Positions 6,702 to 14,420 of a DNA stretch of 33,786 bases are shown here, in pieces; the first letter of the stretch is position 1; every line of letters begins with the position of its first letter. The stretch comes from a virus (Duplodnaviria; Caudoviricetes). The position numbers and the translations under genes were made by a program. The notes under the pieces are model-generated. The model made no database searches. It was not told where the DNA came from and worked only from the letters and a program-made list of their open reading frames with translations. The stretch spans positions 1 through 33,786 of IMG/VR virus record IMGVR_UViG_3300037755_001324. One strand, given 5' to 3'.

Positions 6702-7026
6702 GGCGCGACTGTTCGCGGACTATCTGCGCGAGATCGAGAAGGGGCAGCTGCACCAGGAACTCAGCGTCAAGTTCCAGGAGCTGGTCCAGGCGGTCGCCGA
6801 GAGCGGCCGCGCCGGCAAGCTGTCGCTCGTCGTCGACGTCAAGCCGTTCAAGAACAACGCCGAGACCGTCGAGCTCAACACCGCGATCAAGGTGATCGCG
6901 CCGCAGCCCGAGCGCTCGGCGCAGCTCTATTTCATCACACCCGAATTCAACCTGTCGCGCCGCGATCCGCGCCAGGGCGACTTCGAGGAGTCGCTGACCA
7001 CGATCGACGGCGGCCGCGCGGGCTAG
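6694..7026 (+). CDS. Conserved phage protein usually upstream of DUF2303
   Basis: GAGGAG RBS; ELVQAVAESGRAGKLSLVVDVKP...NLSRRDPRQ. Confidence 0.8.
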   Translation: MTEARLFADYLREIEKGQLHQELSVKFQELVQAVAESGRAGKLSLVVDVKPFKNNAETVELNTAIKVIAPQPERSAQLYFITPEFNLSRRDPRQGDFEESLTTIDGGRAG

Positions 7027-7032
7027 GTAGTT

Positions 7033-7124
7033 AACCACAGAGGCACAGAGACACAGAGAAGGTCTCCCGCGCGCGTAGCGCGCAACCTAGCCACTATCCT
7101 CTGTGTCTCTGTGCCTCTGTGGTG
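7033..7124. repeat. Family A inverted-repeat element
   Basis: AACCACAGAGGCACAGAGACACAGAG...CTCTGTGTCTCTGTGCCTCTGTGGTG. Confidence 0.95.
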
Positions 7125-7156
7125 AACCGAACGACGCAACGATGGAGACGCATGCC

Positions 7157-8002
7157 ATGACCGAAGCGAAGACCGATTTCCAGGCCGCGCTCGACGCGGG
7201 CCGCGCGCTGGGGCTGGTGCACCGCGCGACCGATATCGACCGGCCCTTCGTCACCGTGCCGGCCGACTATAAGGCACTCGACCTCGAATGCTGGCTGCCC
7301 GCGCCGACGCGGCGCCGCGGCCATCCGACCTTCATCCAGGAGGGCGGCTTCATCCTCTATGTCAACGAGCACAAGGATGCCGGCACGCGGCTCTATGCCG
7401 AGCTCGACCCGCCCAAGATCGTGGCGGTGATCGACGGGCATCTGCCGAACAAGATCGACACCGAGCCGACCGCGCCCGCGAGCGCCGCGCCGCGCTGGGG
7501 CCAGCACCGCGCGACCTTCGCGCCGCCGCTCGACCCGGACTGGCTGACCTGGCGCAAGCACGACGACAAGCCGATGGCGCAGACCGATTTCGCGCAGTTC
7601 ATCGAGGACAATCTGCCGTGCATCGTCAAGCCCGACGGCGCCGAGCTGCTCGAGGTCGCGCAGCATCTCGAGGCCTCGACCAACGTCGCCTTCAAGTCGG
7701 CGCAGCGCCTGACCGACGGCCGCCGGCAGTTCCGCTACGAGGAGACGGCCAACGGCAAGGTCGGCAACGGCACGCTCGAGGTGCCGGAGACCTTCACGCT
7801 GTCGCTCCGGGTGTTCCGCGCCGGCGTCAAGATCAGTCTGACCGCGCGCCTGCGCTACCGCGTGGTCGGCGGCGCGCTGACGCTCTGGTACCACCTCGAC
7901 CGGCCGCAGGACGCGCTCGACGACGCATTCCAGCGCCTGATGGACGGCGTCGCCGTCGGCACCAACCTGCCGATGTGGCTCGGCGTCCCCACCGCCTCCT
8001 GA
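7157..8002 (+). CDS. DUF2303 (YfdQ-like) protein
   Basis: MAQTDFAQFIEDN, LEVAQHLEA, VPETFTLSLRVF, ARLRYR motifs; ATG 7157 after GGAG. Confidence 0.88.
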   Translation: MTEAKTDFQAALDAGRALGLVHRATDIDRPFVTVPADYKALDLECWLPAPTRRRGHPTFIQEGGFILYVNEHKDAGTRLYAELDPPKIVAVIDGHLPNKIDTEPTAPASAAPRWGQHRATFAPPLDPDWLTWRKHDDKPMAQTDFAQFIEDNLPCIVKPDGAELLEVAQHLEASTNVAFKSAQRLTDGRRQFRYEETANGKVGNGTLEVPETFTLSLRVFRAGVKISLTARLRYRVVGGALTLWYHLDRPQDALDDAFQRLMDGVAVGTNLPMWLGVPTAS

Positions 8003-8169
8003 CGGCTATGGCGTGGCAGGCCGCCGCGCTGAGGAATCCGGACCGGGCCGCTCGCCACGGCTGAGAAGAGGAACCGAATAGGGCGTCAGGTTCGGCCGCC
8101 GTCGATGACCCGCAGGGCGCGGCCGATGGATGTAGGGACCCCCGGCGAGGATGTTGCGGAGGGATTGGC

Positions 8170-8331
8170 ATGACCGAGCGTGAAAAGCTGGAGCGGACCG
8201 TGTTCGAGGAGAGGGCGCGGGCCGAGCGTGAGCGGCAGCGCGCGCTGCTTCGCGGCGACGGCTGGAACCGCGTCGGCCCCGACGCCTTCCGCGACGCCGA
8301 TTCCGACGACGCGAAACGGGTGAGAGGATAG
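8170..8331 (+). CDS. Small hypothetical protein (53 aa)
   Basis: GGAGGG RBS; MTEREKLERTVFEERARAERERQRALLRGDGW...; stop 2 nt before next start. Confidence 0.55.
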   Translation: MTEREKLERTVFEERARAERERQRALLRGDGWNRVGPDAFRDADSDDAKRVRG

Positions 8332-8333
8332 GC

Positions 8334-9194
8334 GTGGCCGGACCTGACTACACACCCCTCTGGTACTGGATTCGCGAGCGCGAGCAGATGCGCGCGCGGA
8401 AAGATCGCGGTGTTTCACCGCCATGGACCGAGGACCCTATCCTCGTCGCCTATCGCTTCTGCAACGTGCGCCGCGAGGACGACCGGGGCACGATCTGGAT
8501 TCGCGAGCACATCCGGCAGCCTTTCGCCGATCATCCGATGCTCTGGCTGATGCTCTGCATCGCCCGTCAGATCAACTGGCCGGACACGCTGGCGGAATTG
8601 ATCGCTCGGGACGCCTGGCCGCTGGACCACGGCTTCGAGCCGGCCAGAATCACGGCGGTGCTGAACGATCGCAAGTCTCGTGGCGAAAAGGTCTACACCG
8701 GCGCCTACATGATCTCGGCGCCGCCGACCAAGGGCGCGGACAAGCAGGCCTATATCGCCGAGACGGTCATCGGCGCGCTGTGGCGCCGGCGCGAGTCTTT
8801 CGCCGCGTGGGATCGGGCGACGCTGCAACGGACACACGATCTGCTCCTCCGGTCGAACGGCTGGGGTCCGTTCATGGCCTACCAGGCCGTGGTCGACATG
8901 CGCTTCACCCGCCTGCTGCGGAACGCCGATGACGCCATGAGTTGGGCGGCGGCGGGGCCGGGCACGATCCGCGGGCTCAATCGTCTATATGGACGGCCTG
9001 TGGCCAGAAGCCTGTCGCAGGAACAGGCACTCGGCGAGATGCGCGCGATTTACCGCGTCGTCCAGCGGGAAACCGGCGTGCCGATGGATTTCAGCGACGT
9101 GCCGAATATCCTCTGCGAGACCGATAAATATTTGCGCGTCAAGCTGGGTGAGGGCGCGCCGCGCGCGCTCTATGTCGCCGGGCGCGGCGCATGA
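8334..9194 (+). CDS. aGPT-Pplase1 / HMUDK_hel family DNA base hypermodification enzyme
   Basis: IRERE..R.RK..G..PPWTEDPIL..YRFCNVRREDDR, YTGAYMI, GWGPFMAYQAVVD, AGPG..RGL, LCETDKY. Confidence 0.85.
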   Translation: MAGPDYTPLWYWIREREQMRARKDRGVSPPWTEDPILVAYRFCNVRREDDRGTIWIREHIRQPFADHPMLWLMLCIARQINWPDTLAELIARDAWPLDHGFEPARITAVLNDRKSRGEKVYTGAYMISAPPTKGADKQAYIAETVIGALWRRRESFAAWDRATLQRTHDLLLRSNGWGPFMAYQAVVDMRFTRLLRNADDAMSWAAAGPGTIRGLNRLYGRPVARSLSQEQALGEMRAIYRVVQRETGVPMDFSDVPNILCETDKYLRVKLGEGAPRALYVAGRGA

Positions 9195-9661
9195 AAGCGC
9201 TGTCCGTCCGCCAGCCTTGGGCGTTCGCGATCGTCATGGGGTTCAAGCCGGTCGAGAACCGGACGTGGTCCACCGCCGTCCGCGGGCCGCTCCTGATCCA
9301 CGCCGGCAAGGCGTGGGGGCGGGCGGAGCAGGCGGACCTCGCCATCGTGCTCGGCATGATTGCGCAGTATCACGGCCGGCCGGTCGAGGAGGCCGAGCGC
9401 CTGTTCTACCGCCACGTCTGGTTCGGCGCCTTGGTCGGCCGGGCCGTGCTGCAGCGCTGCGTCGACCGCCACCCGAGCCCGTGGTTTTGCGGCCCCTGGG
9501 GCTTCGTGCTTGAGCGCGCCGAGCCGGTCGCGCCGGTGATGCTCAAGGGCGCGCTCGGCTTCTTCGAGGTGCCCGACGAGATCGTCGGGCGGTTGACCTG
9601 CATACCGAATCCGTTCCGCGAGGCGGCTTCCTTCGCCGAGGCTTCGGAGGCCAGGGCATGA
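9191..9661 (+). CDS. ASCH domain protein
   Basis: ALSVRQPWAFAIVMGFKPVENRTW..RGPLLIHAG, KGALGFF. Confidence 0.9.
   Translation: MKALSVRQPWAFAIVMGFKPVENRTWSTAVRGPLLIHAGKAWGRAEQADLAIVLGMIAQYHGRPVEEAERLFYRHVWFGALVGRAVLQRCVDRHPSPWFCGPWGFVLERAEPVAPVMLKGALGFFEVPDEIVGRLTCIPNPFREAASFAEASEARA
9625..9652 (+). repeat. Family B single hairpin at the ASCH C-terminus
   Basis: GGCTTCCTTCGCCGAGGCTTCGGAGGCC; its GGAGG is 7 nt before ATG 9658. Confidence 0.75.
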
Positions 9662-9933
9662 GTCCGTTCCAGAAAGCCATCCTGCTCGAAATCTACCGGC
9701 ACACGGGCAACGGCGCCGCGGCCGACGGCATCGAGCGGCGGCTCTCCTGGCACGGCAGCGCGTTGAACGGGTTGAAACGGCGCGGACTGGTCCGGCTGAT
9801 CGTCGTCACCAGCGAATGGCACCAATGCATCGGCGGCACGATGCGGCGGATCCGCACCACCATGACACATCGCTACGCGCTCACGGGCGAAGGCCGAAAG
9901 GCCGCGTCGACGCTTTGGAAGGCTGCTTTATGA
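9658..9933 (+). CDS. Hypothetical protein, possibly winged helix
   Basis: ATGA overlaps at both ends; LNGLKRRGLV..YALTGEGR. Confidence 0.65.
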   Translation: MSPFQKAILLEIYRHTGNGAAADGIERRLSWHGSALNGLKRRGLVRLIVVTSEWHQCIGGTMRRIRTTMTHRYALTGEGRKAASTLWKAAL

Positions 9934-10709
9934 AGGCCGCCGTCGACACCGCCCCGCGCCAGGCGTTCGCGGATGCGCTGCTGGCGCGCGCGCGCGGCGT
10001 GCCGGCCGCCGGGCGCGCGCCGCGCGGCGACTGGCTGATGCAGGAGGCGCTGGCGTGCTTCGTGCGCGCCGGTCTGCCGGGCGGCTGGGGAGGGCCGGAC
10101 GATGTCGCGCGGGCGCGGCGCCGCGCGTGGCTCGAGCGGGCGCTCGGCTTCGTGCCCGACATCTGGCCGCTGGTCGGCACCTGCCGCGTCGCCTGGCTGG
10201 GCCGGCGCTGGGAGCCGGTGCCGGACGACGACATGGAGCGCGAGCGCTTCGGCTGTCCCGCGATCGTGGTGCCGGCGCTGCTCGGCCATGCCGCCGTGGA
10301 TCTCGTCGCCCTGCCGGTGATCGACGGCGCGATCGACCCCGCGCGCTGGTATCTGCGCACCGGGGACGCCGACACGCTCGGCTTCGTGCCCGGCGATCCG
10401 GCCCGCGACAACGCCGACACCGGCCAGCCGGTGCGGCTCGCGCGCACGCCGCTCGCCTGGCTGCGCGCCTGGGCCTCCGTCGCGGACAAGGAGACAGGCG
10501 CGTGGCCGCGGCACCCGCCCGCCTGCTGCCTGCTCGGCGAGCCGGTCGATCTCGCGTCGACGCATCTCCTGCTCGAGGCGCGGGTCGTCTGCGACGACGA
10601 GGCACACGCGGCCGAGATCCACGGCCTCCGCCAGGAGCATCTGAAACAGATGCGCGCGCACATCCTGCCGACCCGGCGCGGCGCGGTGACATCGATCATG
10701 GTGGTGTGA
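9930..10709 (+). CDS. Hypothetical phage protein
   Basis: ATGA overlap start; VDLVA..WYLRTG..LARTPLAWLRA; function not established. Confidence 0.65.
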   Translation: MKAAVDTAPRQAFADALLARARGVPAAGRAPRGDWLMQEALACFVRAGLPGGWGGPDDVARARRRAWLERALGFVPDIWPLVGTCRVAWLGRRWEPVPDDDMERERFGCPAIVVPALLGHAAVDLVALPVIDGAIDPARWYLRTGDADTLGFVPGDPARDNADTGQPVRLARTPLAWLRAWASVADKETGAWPRHPPACCLLGEPVDLASTHLLLEARVVCDDEAHAAEIHGLRQEHLKQMRAHILPTRRGAVTSIMVV

Positions 10710-11077
10710 TGACCGGCATCGACGTCGCCGCTCTGATCGACCGGCTGCGCGCGGCGACCGCGGGCGACGGCGCGCTGGATCGGGATTTCGCGGCGGCTTG
10801 CGGCATCGCCTGGTCGCCTGACGAGGACGGCCAGTTTGGCGGCTACGGTCTGTTGCCGCGCCGCTGCCACTTCACGCGGTCGCTGTCGGCGGTCGCGCGC
10901 GTCGTGCCGCCGCATCTCCTGTGGACTGTCGAGTCGCGCGGCATGGCGTGGGTCGGCCGGCCGGATGTCCGCTGTCGCGTGTTCGAGACGGCCGCGACGC
11001 CCGCGCTCGCCTTCTGCATAGCGCTGCTGGTCGCCTTGAGACCGCCGCTCGATCGACCGGCGGCGGGGCGGGCGTGA
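10709..11077 (+). CDS. Hypothetical protein, phage ABA-sandwich-like
   Basis: TGATG overlap; LDRDFA..HFTRSLSAV..ATPALAFCIALL. Confidence 0.6.
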   Translation: MTGIDVAALIDRLRAATAGDGALDRDFAAACGIAWSPDEDGQFGGYGLLPRRCHFTRSLSAVARVVPPHLLWTVESRGMAWVGRPDVRCRVFETAATPALAFCIALLVALRPPLDRPAAGRA

Positions 11078-11613
11078 TGGAACAGGAAACCTCGACATTG
11101 CTGCCGGACGTGACGGCGCCTCGGATCGTCGAGGTGCTGCGCCGGCGGCATCAAGGGCCGCAATGGACGATCGTCGAGGAAATGCGGCTCGGCTCGGGCT
11201 GGGGTTTCCACGAATCGCGCATCGACTTCTGGGCGCTCGAATGCACACCGCGGCGCGCCAACCAGGCGATCGCCTATGAGATCAAGGTCAGCCGCGCCGA
11301 CTTCCTGCGCGACGTCAGGCGCCCGGCCAAGCAGCGCGGCGCGCTGCTCTACAGCAACGAGTTCTTCTATGTCTCACCGGCCGGCGTGATCAAGGCCGAG
11401 GAGGTGCCGATCTTCGCCGGGCTGATCGAGATCGACGCCATCGTGCCCGTCCATGACGAGCCCTATTACGCCGGCACCGTGATCGTGCGCGCGCCCTATC
11501 GCGACAAGATGCGGCCGAGCTGGCCGTTCATCGTGTCGCTGCTGCGGCGGGTGCCTGTCGCGGAGGGCGCGCCCTCCTTAGCGCCGCAAGGCGCGAAGGA
11601 GGGCGGCGCATGA
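11077..11613 (+). CDS. MmcB-like PD-(D/E)xK nuclease
   Basis: RIDFWAL..YEIKVSRADFLRD..K..YSNEFFYVSP..EVP..AGLI. Confidence 0.8.
   Translation: MEQETSTLLPDVTAPRIVEVLRRRHQGPQWTIVEEMRLGSGWGFHESRIDFWALECTPRRANQAIAYEIKVSRADFLRDVRRPAKQRGALLYSNEFFYVSPAGVIKAEEVPIFAGLIEIDAIVPVHDEPYYAGTVIVRAPYRDKMRPSWPFIVSLLRRVPVAEGAPSLAPQGAKEGGA
11562..11603 (+). repeat. Family B partial copy at C-terminus
   Basis: GGAGGGCGCGCCCTCCTTAGCGCCGCAAGGCGCGAAGGAGGG; GGAGGG 6 nt before ATG 11610. Confidence 0.85.
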
Positions 11614-11894
11614 TCGACGGTCCCATCTGGATGACGGTGACGGACGGCTCGGCGGCCGACGCGCCGGCGGTGCGGATCGCGATGCTGTGCGTCGAGCTGC
11701 TGAACGCCGGCGTGCCGCATATCGAGGTGCTCAACGCGCTCGCGACCATTCTGGCGACGCAGATCGCGCATATCCCGTGCGCCGACACGCGCGCGAGGCT
11801 GGTCGCCGGCGTCGAGTCGCAGCTGCGTCCCGCGGTCGAACGCTATGCCGCGCAGATCGCCGCGGTGCTCGCGCCGGCGGCGGGGCGGGCATGA
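11610..11894 (+). CDS. Hypothetical protein
   Basis: ATGA overlaps at both ends. Confidence 0.65.
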   Translation: MIDGPIWMTVTDGSAADAPAVRIAMLCVELLNAGVPHIEVLNALATILATQIAHIPCADTRARLVAGVESQLRPAVERYAAQIAAVLAPAAGRA

Positions 11895-12151
11895 TGCCGC
11901 TGCCGTCCTATCCCAAGCACCGCGCCGCGGCGCTGCGCGCCGGGCAGCACGCGGCGCTGGCGCGGCGGCTCGGGTTGGGGCTGGTGCTCAAATATCCGGC
12001 CGGGCTGGCGCCGGCGGCGCGCTGCCAGTATCCGGAGGGCGAGACGGCGCCCTATGCGTTCTGCGGCGCGGCCACGGCCGATCATCCGAGCGGCCGCCGC
12101 TCGCCCTATTGCGCGGCGCACCGCGCGCGCTGCTATCGCGGGGACGCGTGA
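11891..12151 (+). CDS. Protein resembling the GcrA C-terminal Cys/His domain
   Basis: CQYPEG...FCG...SPYCAAH..CY. Confidence 0.65.
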   Translation: MMPLPSYPKHRAAALRAGQHAALARRLGLGLVLKYPAGLAPAARCQYPEGETAPYAFCGAATADHPSGRRSPYCAAHRARCYRGDA

Positions 12152-12669
12152 TGACCCTCCTTCGCCAAGGCTCCCGCCGCCGCCAAGGCTATGGCGGGCA
12201 AGCCGGCGGGCCTGCCCTGCATAGCCAAGACCCCGGAGGGCCTGCCCTCCGAAGCGCCGCGAGGCGCGAAGGAGGGCGGATCACCTGGACGGCGGAGCGG
12301 GTGCGCGCGCTCTATGCCATGAAGGCCGAGGGCTGGGGCGCGCCGGCGATCGCGGCGGCGCTGGGGCTGGCGCCGAGCCAGGTCTACGGCCGGGTCACGA
12401 CCGACCAGCAGCAGGGCCGCTCGCCGGCGGAGGCGGTGGCCGCCGTCGAGCGCGCCGAGGCGCGCCGCGCTGGGCTCGCGGTGGCGCCGGCCGAGGCGCG
12501 CAAGAAGCGGCGCTGCCTGAAGCATGGCGGGCTGTTCTGGTCGACGCATCCGGGCAACCGCATCTGCGACCGCTGCAAGCACAACGACCGCGGCCACAGC
12601 CCGTTCCTCGACGCCTATGCGATGACCTCGACCGGTGGCCGCGTGCTGCCGAAGGGCGGGGCGCGGTGA
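12151..12669 (+). CDS. GcrA-N-like HTH plus Zn-finger protein with repeat-derived N-terminus
   Basis: WTAERVRAL..EGWGAPAIAAALG; RRCLKHG..FWS..GNRICDRCK. Confidence 0.6.
   Translation: MTLLRQGSRRRQGYGGQAGGPALHSQDPGGPALRSAARREGGRITWTAERVRALYAMKAEGWGAPAIAAALGLAPSQVYGRVTTDQQQGRSPAEAVAAVERAEARRAGLAVAPAEARKKRRCLKHGGLFWSTHPGNRICDRCKHNDRGHSPFLDAYAMTSTGGRVLPKGGAR
12155..12276 (+). repeat. Family B expanded/nested copy
   Basis: A second CGCCAAGGCTATGGCGGG hairpin and a duplicated GGGCCTGCCCT inside the standard unit; frame preserved. Confidence 0.85.
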
Positions 12670-12683
12670 TGCGCAAGAGGGTT

Positions 12684-12772
12684 CACCACAAAGACACGAA
12701 GGCACAAAGAAGGATTCCCGCGCGCCGCGGGCGCGCAACCCCACTCCTTCGTGTCTTCGAGCCTTTGTGGTT
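12684..12772. repeat. Family A inverted-repeat element (AAAG variant)
   Basis: CACCACAAAGACACGAAGGCACAAAG...CTTCGTGTCTTCGAGCCTTTGTGGTT. Confidence 0.85.
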
Positions 12773-12795
12773 CGACTTCTTACCTGAGGGGCAGC

Positions 12796-13266
12796 ATGGC
12801 CGGTAGCGTCAACAAGGTGATCCTGATCGGCCATCTGGGGCGCGATCCGGAGGTGCGGCACACGGGCGCCGGCGACCCGGTCGTCAACCTGTCGCTGGCG
12901 ACGTCGGACTCGTGGCGCGACAAGGCGACCGGCGAGCGGCGCGAGCGCACCGAGTGGCACCGCATCGTGATCTGGAACGAGCACCTGGCCAACGTCGCGT
13001 CGCGCTACCTGACGAAGGGCGCCAAGGTCTATGTCGAGGGCCAGCTCCAGACGCGCAAATGGACCGACCAGGCGGGCGTCGAGAAATACTCGACCGAGGT
13101 GGTGCTGGCGAAGTTCCGGGGCGAGCTGACGATGCTGGACCCTGCTTCGCGGAACGCTTCGCAGGGCACCCCTGCATCGGGCGAGGGCGAGGCACCGCCC
13201 GCCGGCAGCGCGGCACCGGCAACAAAACCGCCGATCGATCCGTTCGACGACGAGATTCCGTTTTGA
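12796..13266 (+). CDS. ssb: Single-stranded DNA-binding protein
   Basis: [47 protein letters not shown] tail. Confidence 0.97.
   Translation: MAGSVNKVILIGHLGRDPEVRHTGAGDPVVNLSLATSDSWRDKATGERRERTEWHRIVIWNEHLANVASRYLTKGAKVYVEGQLQTRKWTDQAGVEKYSTEVVLAKFRGELTMLDPASRNASQGTPASGEGEAPPAGSAAPATKPPIDPFDDEIPF
13140..13166 (+). repeat. Family B variant hairpin in the SSB linker
   Basis: CCCTGCTTCGCGGAACGCTTCGCAGGG. Confidence 0.65.
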
Positions 13267-14420
13267 GTGTCCTCATCCTCATTGGCGATGTGCGCGCGCG
13301 GCTGGCGGCGATGCCGGCGGAGTCGGTGCAGTGCATCGTGACCTCGCCGCCCTATTGGGGGCTGCGCGACTATGGCGTCGCCGGGCAGATCGGCCTCGAG
13401 GCGACGCCCGGCGCCTATGTCGCGGCGCTGGTCGAGGTGTTCCGCGCCGCGCGTCGAGTGCTCAGGGCCGACGGCACGCTGTGGCTGAATCTCGGCGACA
13501 GCTACGCCGGATCTTGGGGTGCAGCAGGCCATCGCGAGACCGATGCGACCCTGAGCCGCAACCAGATCGCCAATCATCCTAAGCGCGCGGCGCACACCGG
13601 GACGATCCGCGATGTCGGCCTCAAGCCCAAGGACCTGGTCGGCATCCCGTGGGCGGTGGCGTTCGCGCTGCGCGCGGACGGGTGGTGGCTGCGCGGCGAC
13701 CATGTCTGGGCGAAGCCGAACGGCATGCCCGAGAGCGTGACCGACCGGCCGACGCGCGGCCATGAATACGTTTTCCTGCTGAGCCGCAGCGAGGTCTACC
13801 GCTACGACCGCGAGGCGGTGATGACGGCGCCGAAGGCGTCGACGGTGACGCGCATCCAGGCGGCGCTCAAGAAGCCGGACGAGTCGCCCGCCGGCATAAA
13901 ATACGATCCAGAGAATACGCCATCGCGCACCATCCGTAGCACCGAGCAGATCGCCCATTCACTCGCGCGGCGCGACAAGCAGCGCGGCCATGGGCGGAGG
14001 CACATCGGTTTCAACGAGCGCTGGGACGCGATGGAGAAGGACGAGCAGATGGCGATGGGCGCCAATCTGCGGTCGGTGTGGTGGGTGCCGCCGGCGCAGT
14101 TCTCGGAGGCGCATTTCGCGGTGATGCCGGACCTGGTCGCGGAGATCTGCATCCGCGCCGGCTGTCCCGAGGGCGGCACCGTGCTCGACCCGTTCGGCGG
14201 CGCGGGCACGACCGGGCTGGTCGCCGACCGGCTCGGGCGGGACGCGGTGCTGATCGAGCTCAACCCGGATTTCGCCGCGATGGCGGCGGCGCGCATCCGC
14301 GCCGACGGCGGCATGCTGGCGGACGTGACGGTCGAGGAGGCGCCCTCCTTCGCCAAGGCTACGGAGGGCCCGCCCTCCGAAGCGCCGCAAGGCGCGAAGG
14401 AGGGCGGCGCCGATGGATAG
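13263..14420 (+). CDS. Beta-class N4-cytosine/N6-adenine DNA methyltransferase
   Basis: [36 protein letters not shown]; TTG start overlapping the ssb stop. Confidence 0.92.
   Translation: MSVLILIGDVRARLAAMPAESVQCIVTSPPYWGLRDYGVAGQIGLEATPGAYVAALVEVFRAARRVLRADGTLWLNLGDSYAGSWGAAGHRETDATLSRNQIANHPKRAAHTGTIRDVGLKPKDLVGIPWAVAFALRADGWWLRGDHVWAKPNGMPESVTDRPTRGHEYVFLLSRSEVYRYDREAVMTAPKASTVTRIQAALKKPDESPAGIKYDPENTPSRTIRSTEQIAHSLARRDKQRGHGRRHIGFNERWDAMEKDEQMAMGANLRSVWWVPPAQFSEAHFAVMPDLVAEICIRAGCPEGGTVLDPFGGAGTTGLVADRLGRDAVLIELNPDFAAMAAARIRADGGMLADVTVEEAPSFAKATEGPPSEAPQGAKEGGADG
14343..14404 (+). repeat. Family B full copy at the MTase C-terminus
   Basis: Encodes [21 protein letters not shown]; GGAGGG 8 nt before ATG 14413. 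Confidence 0.92.
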
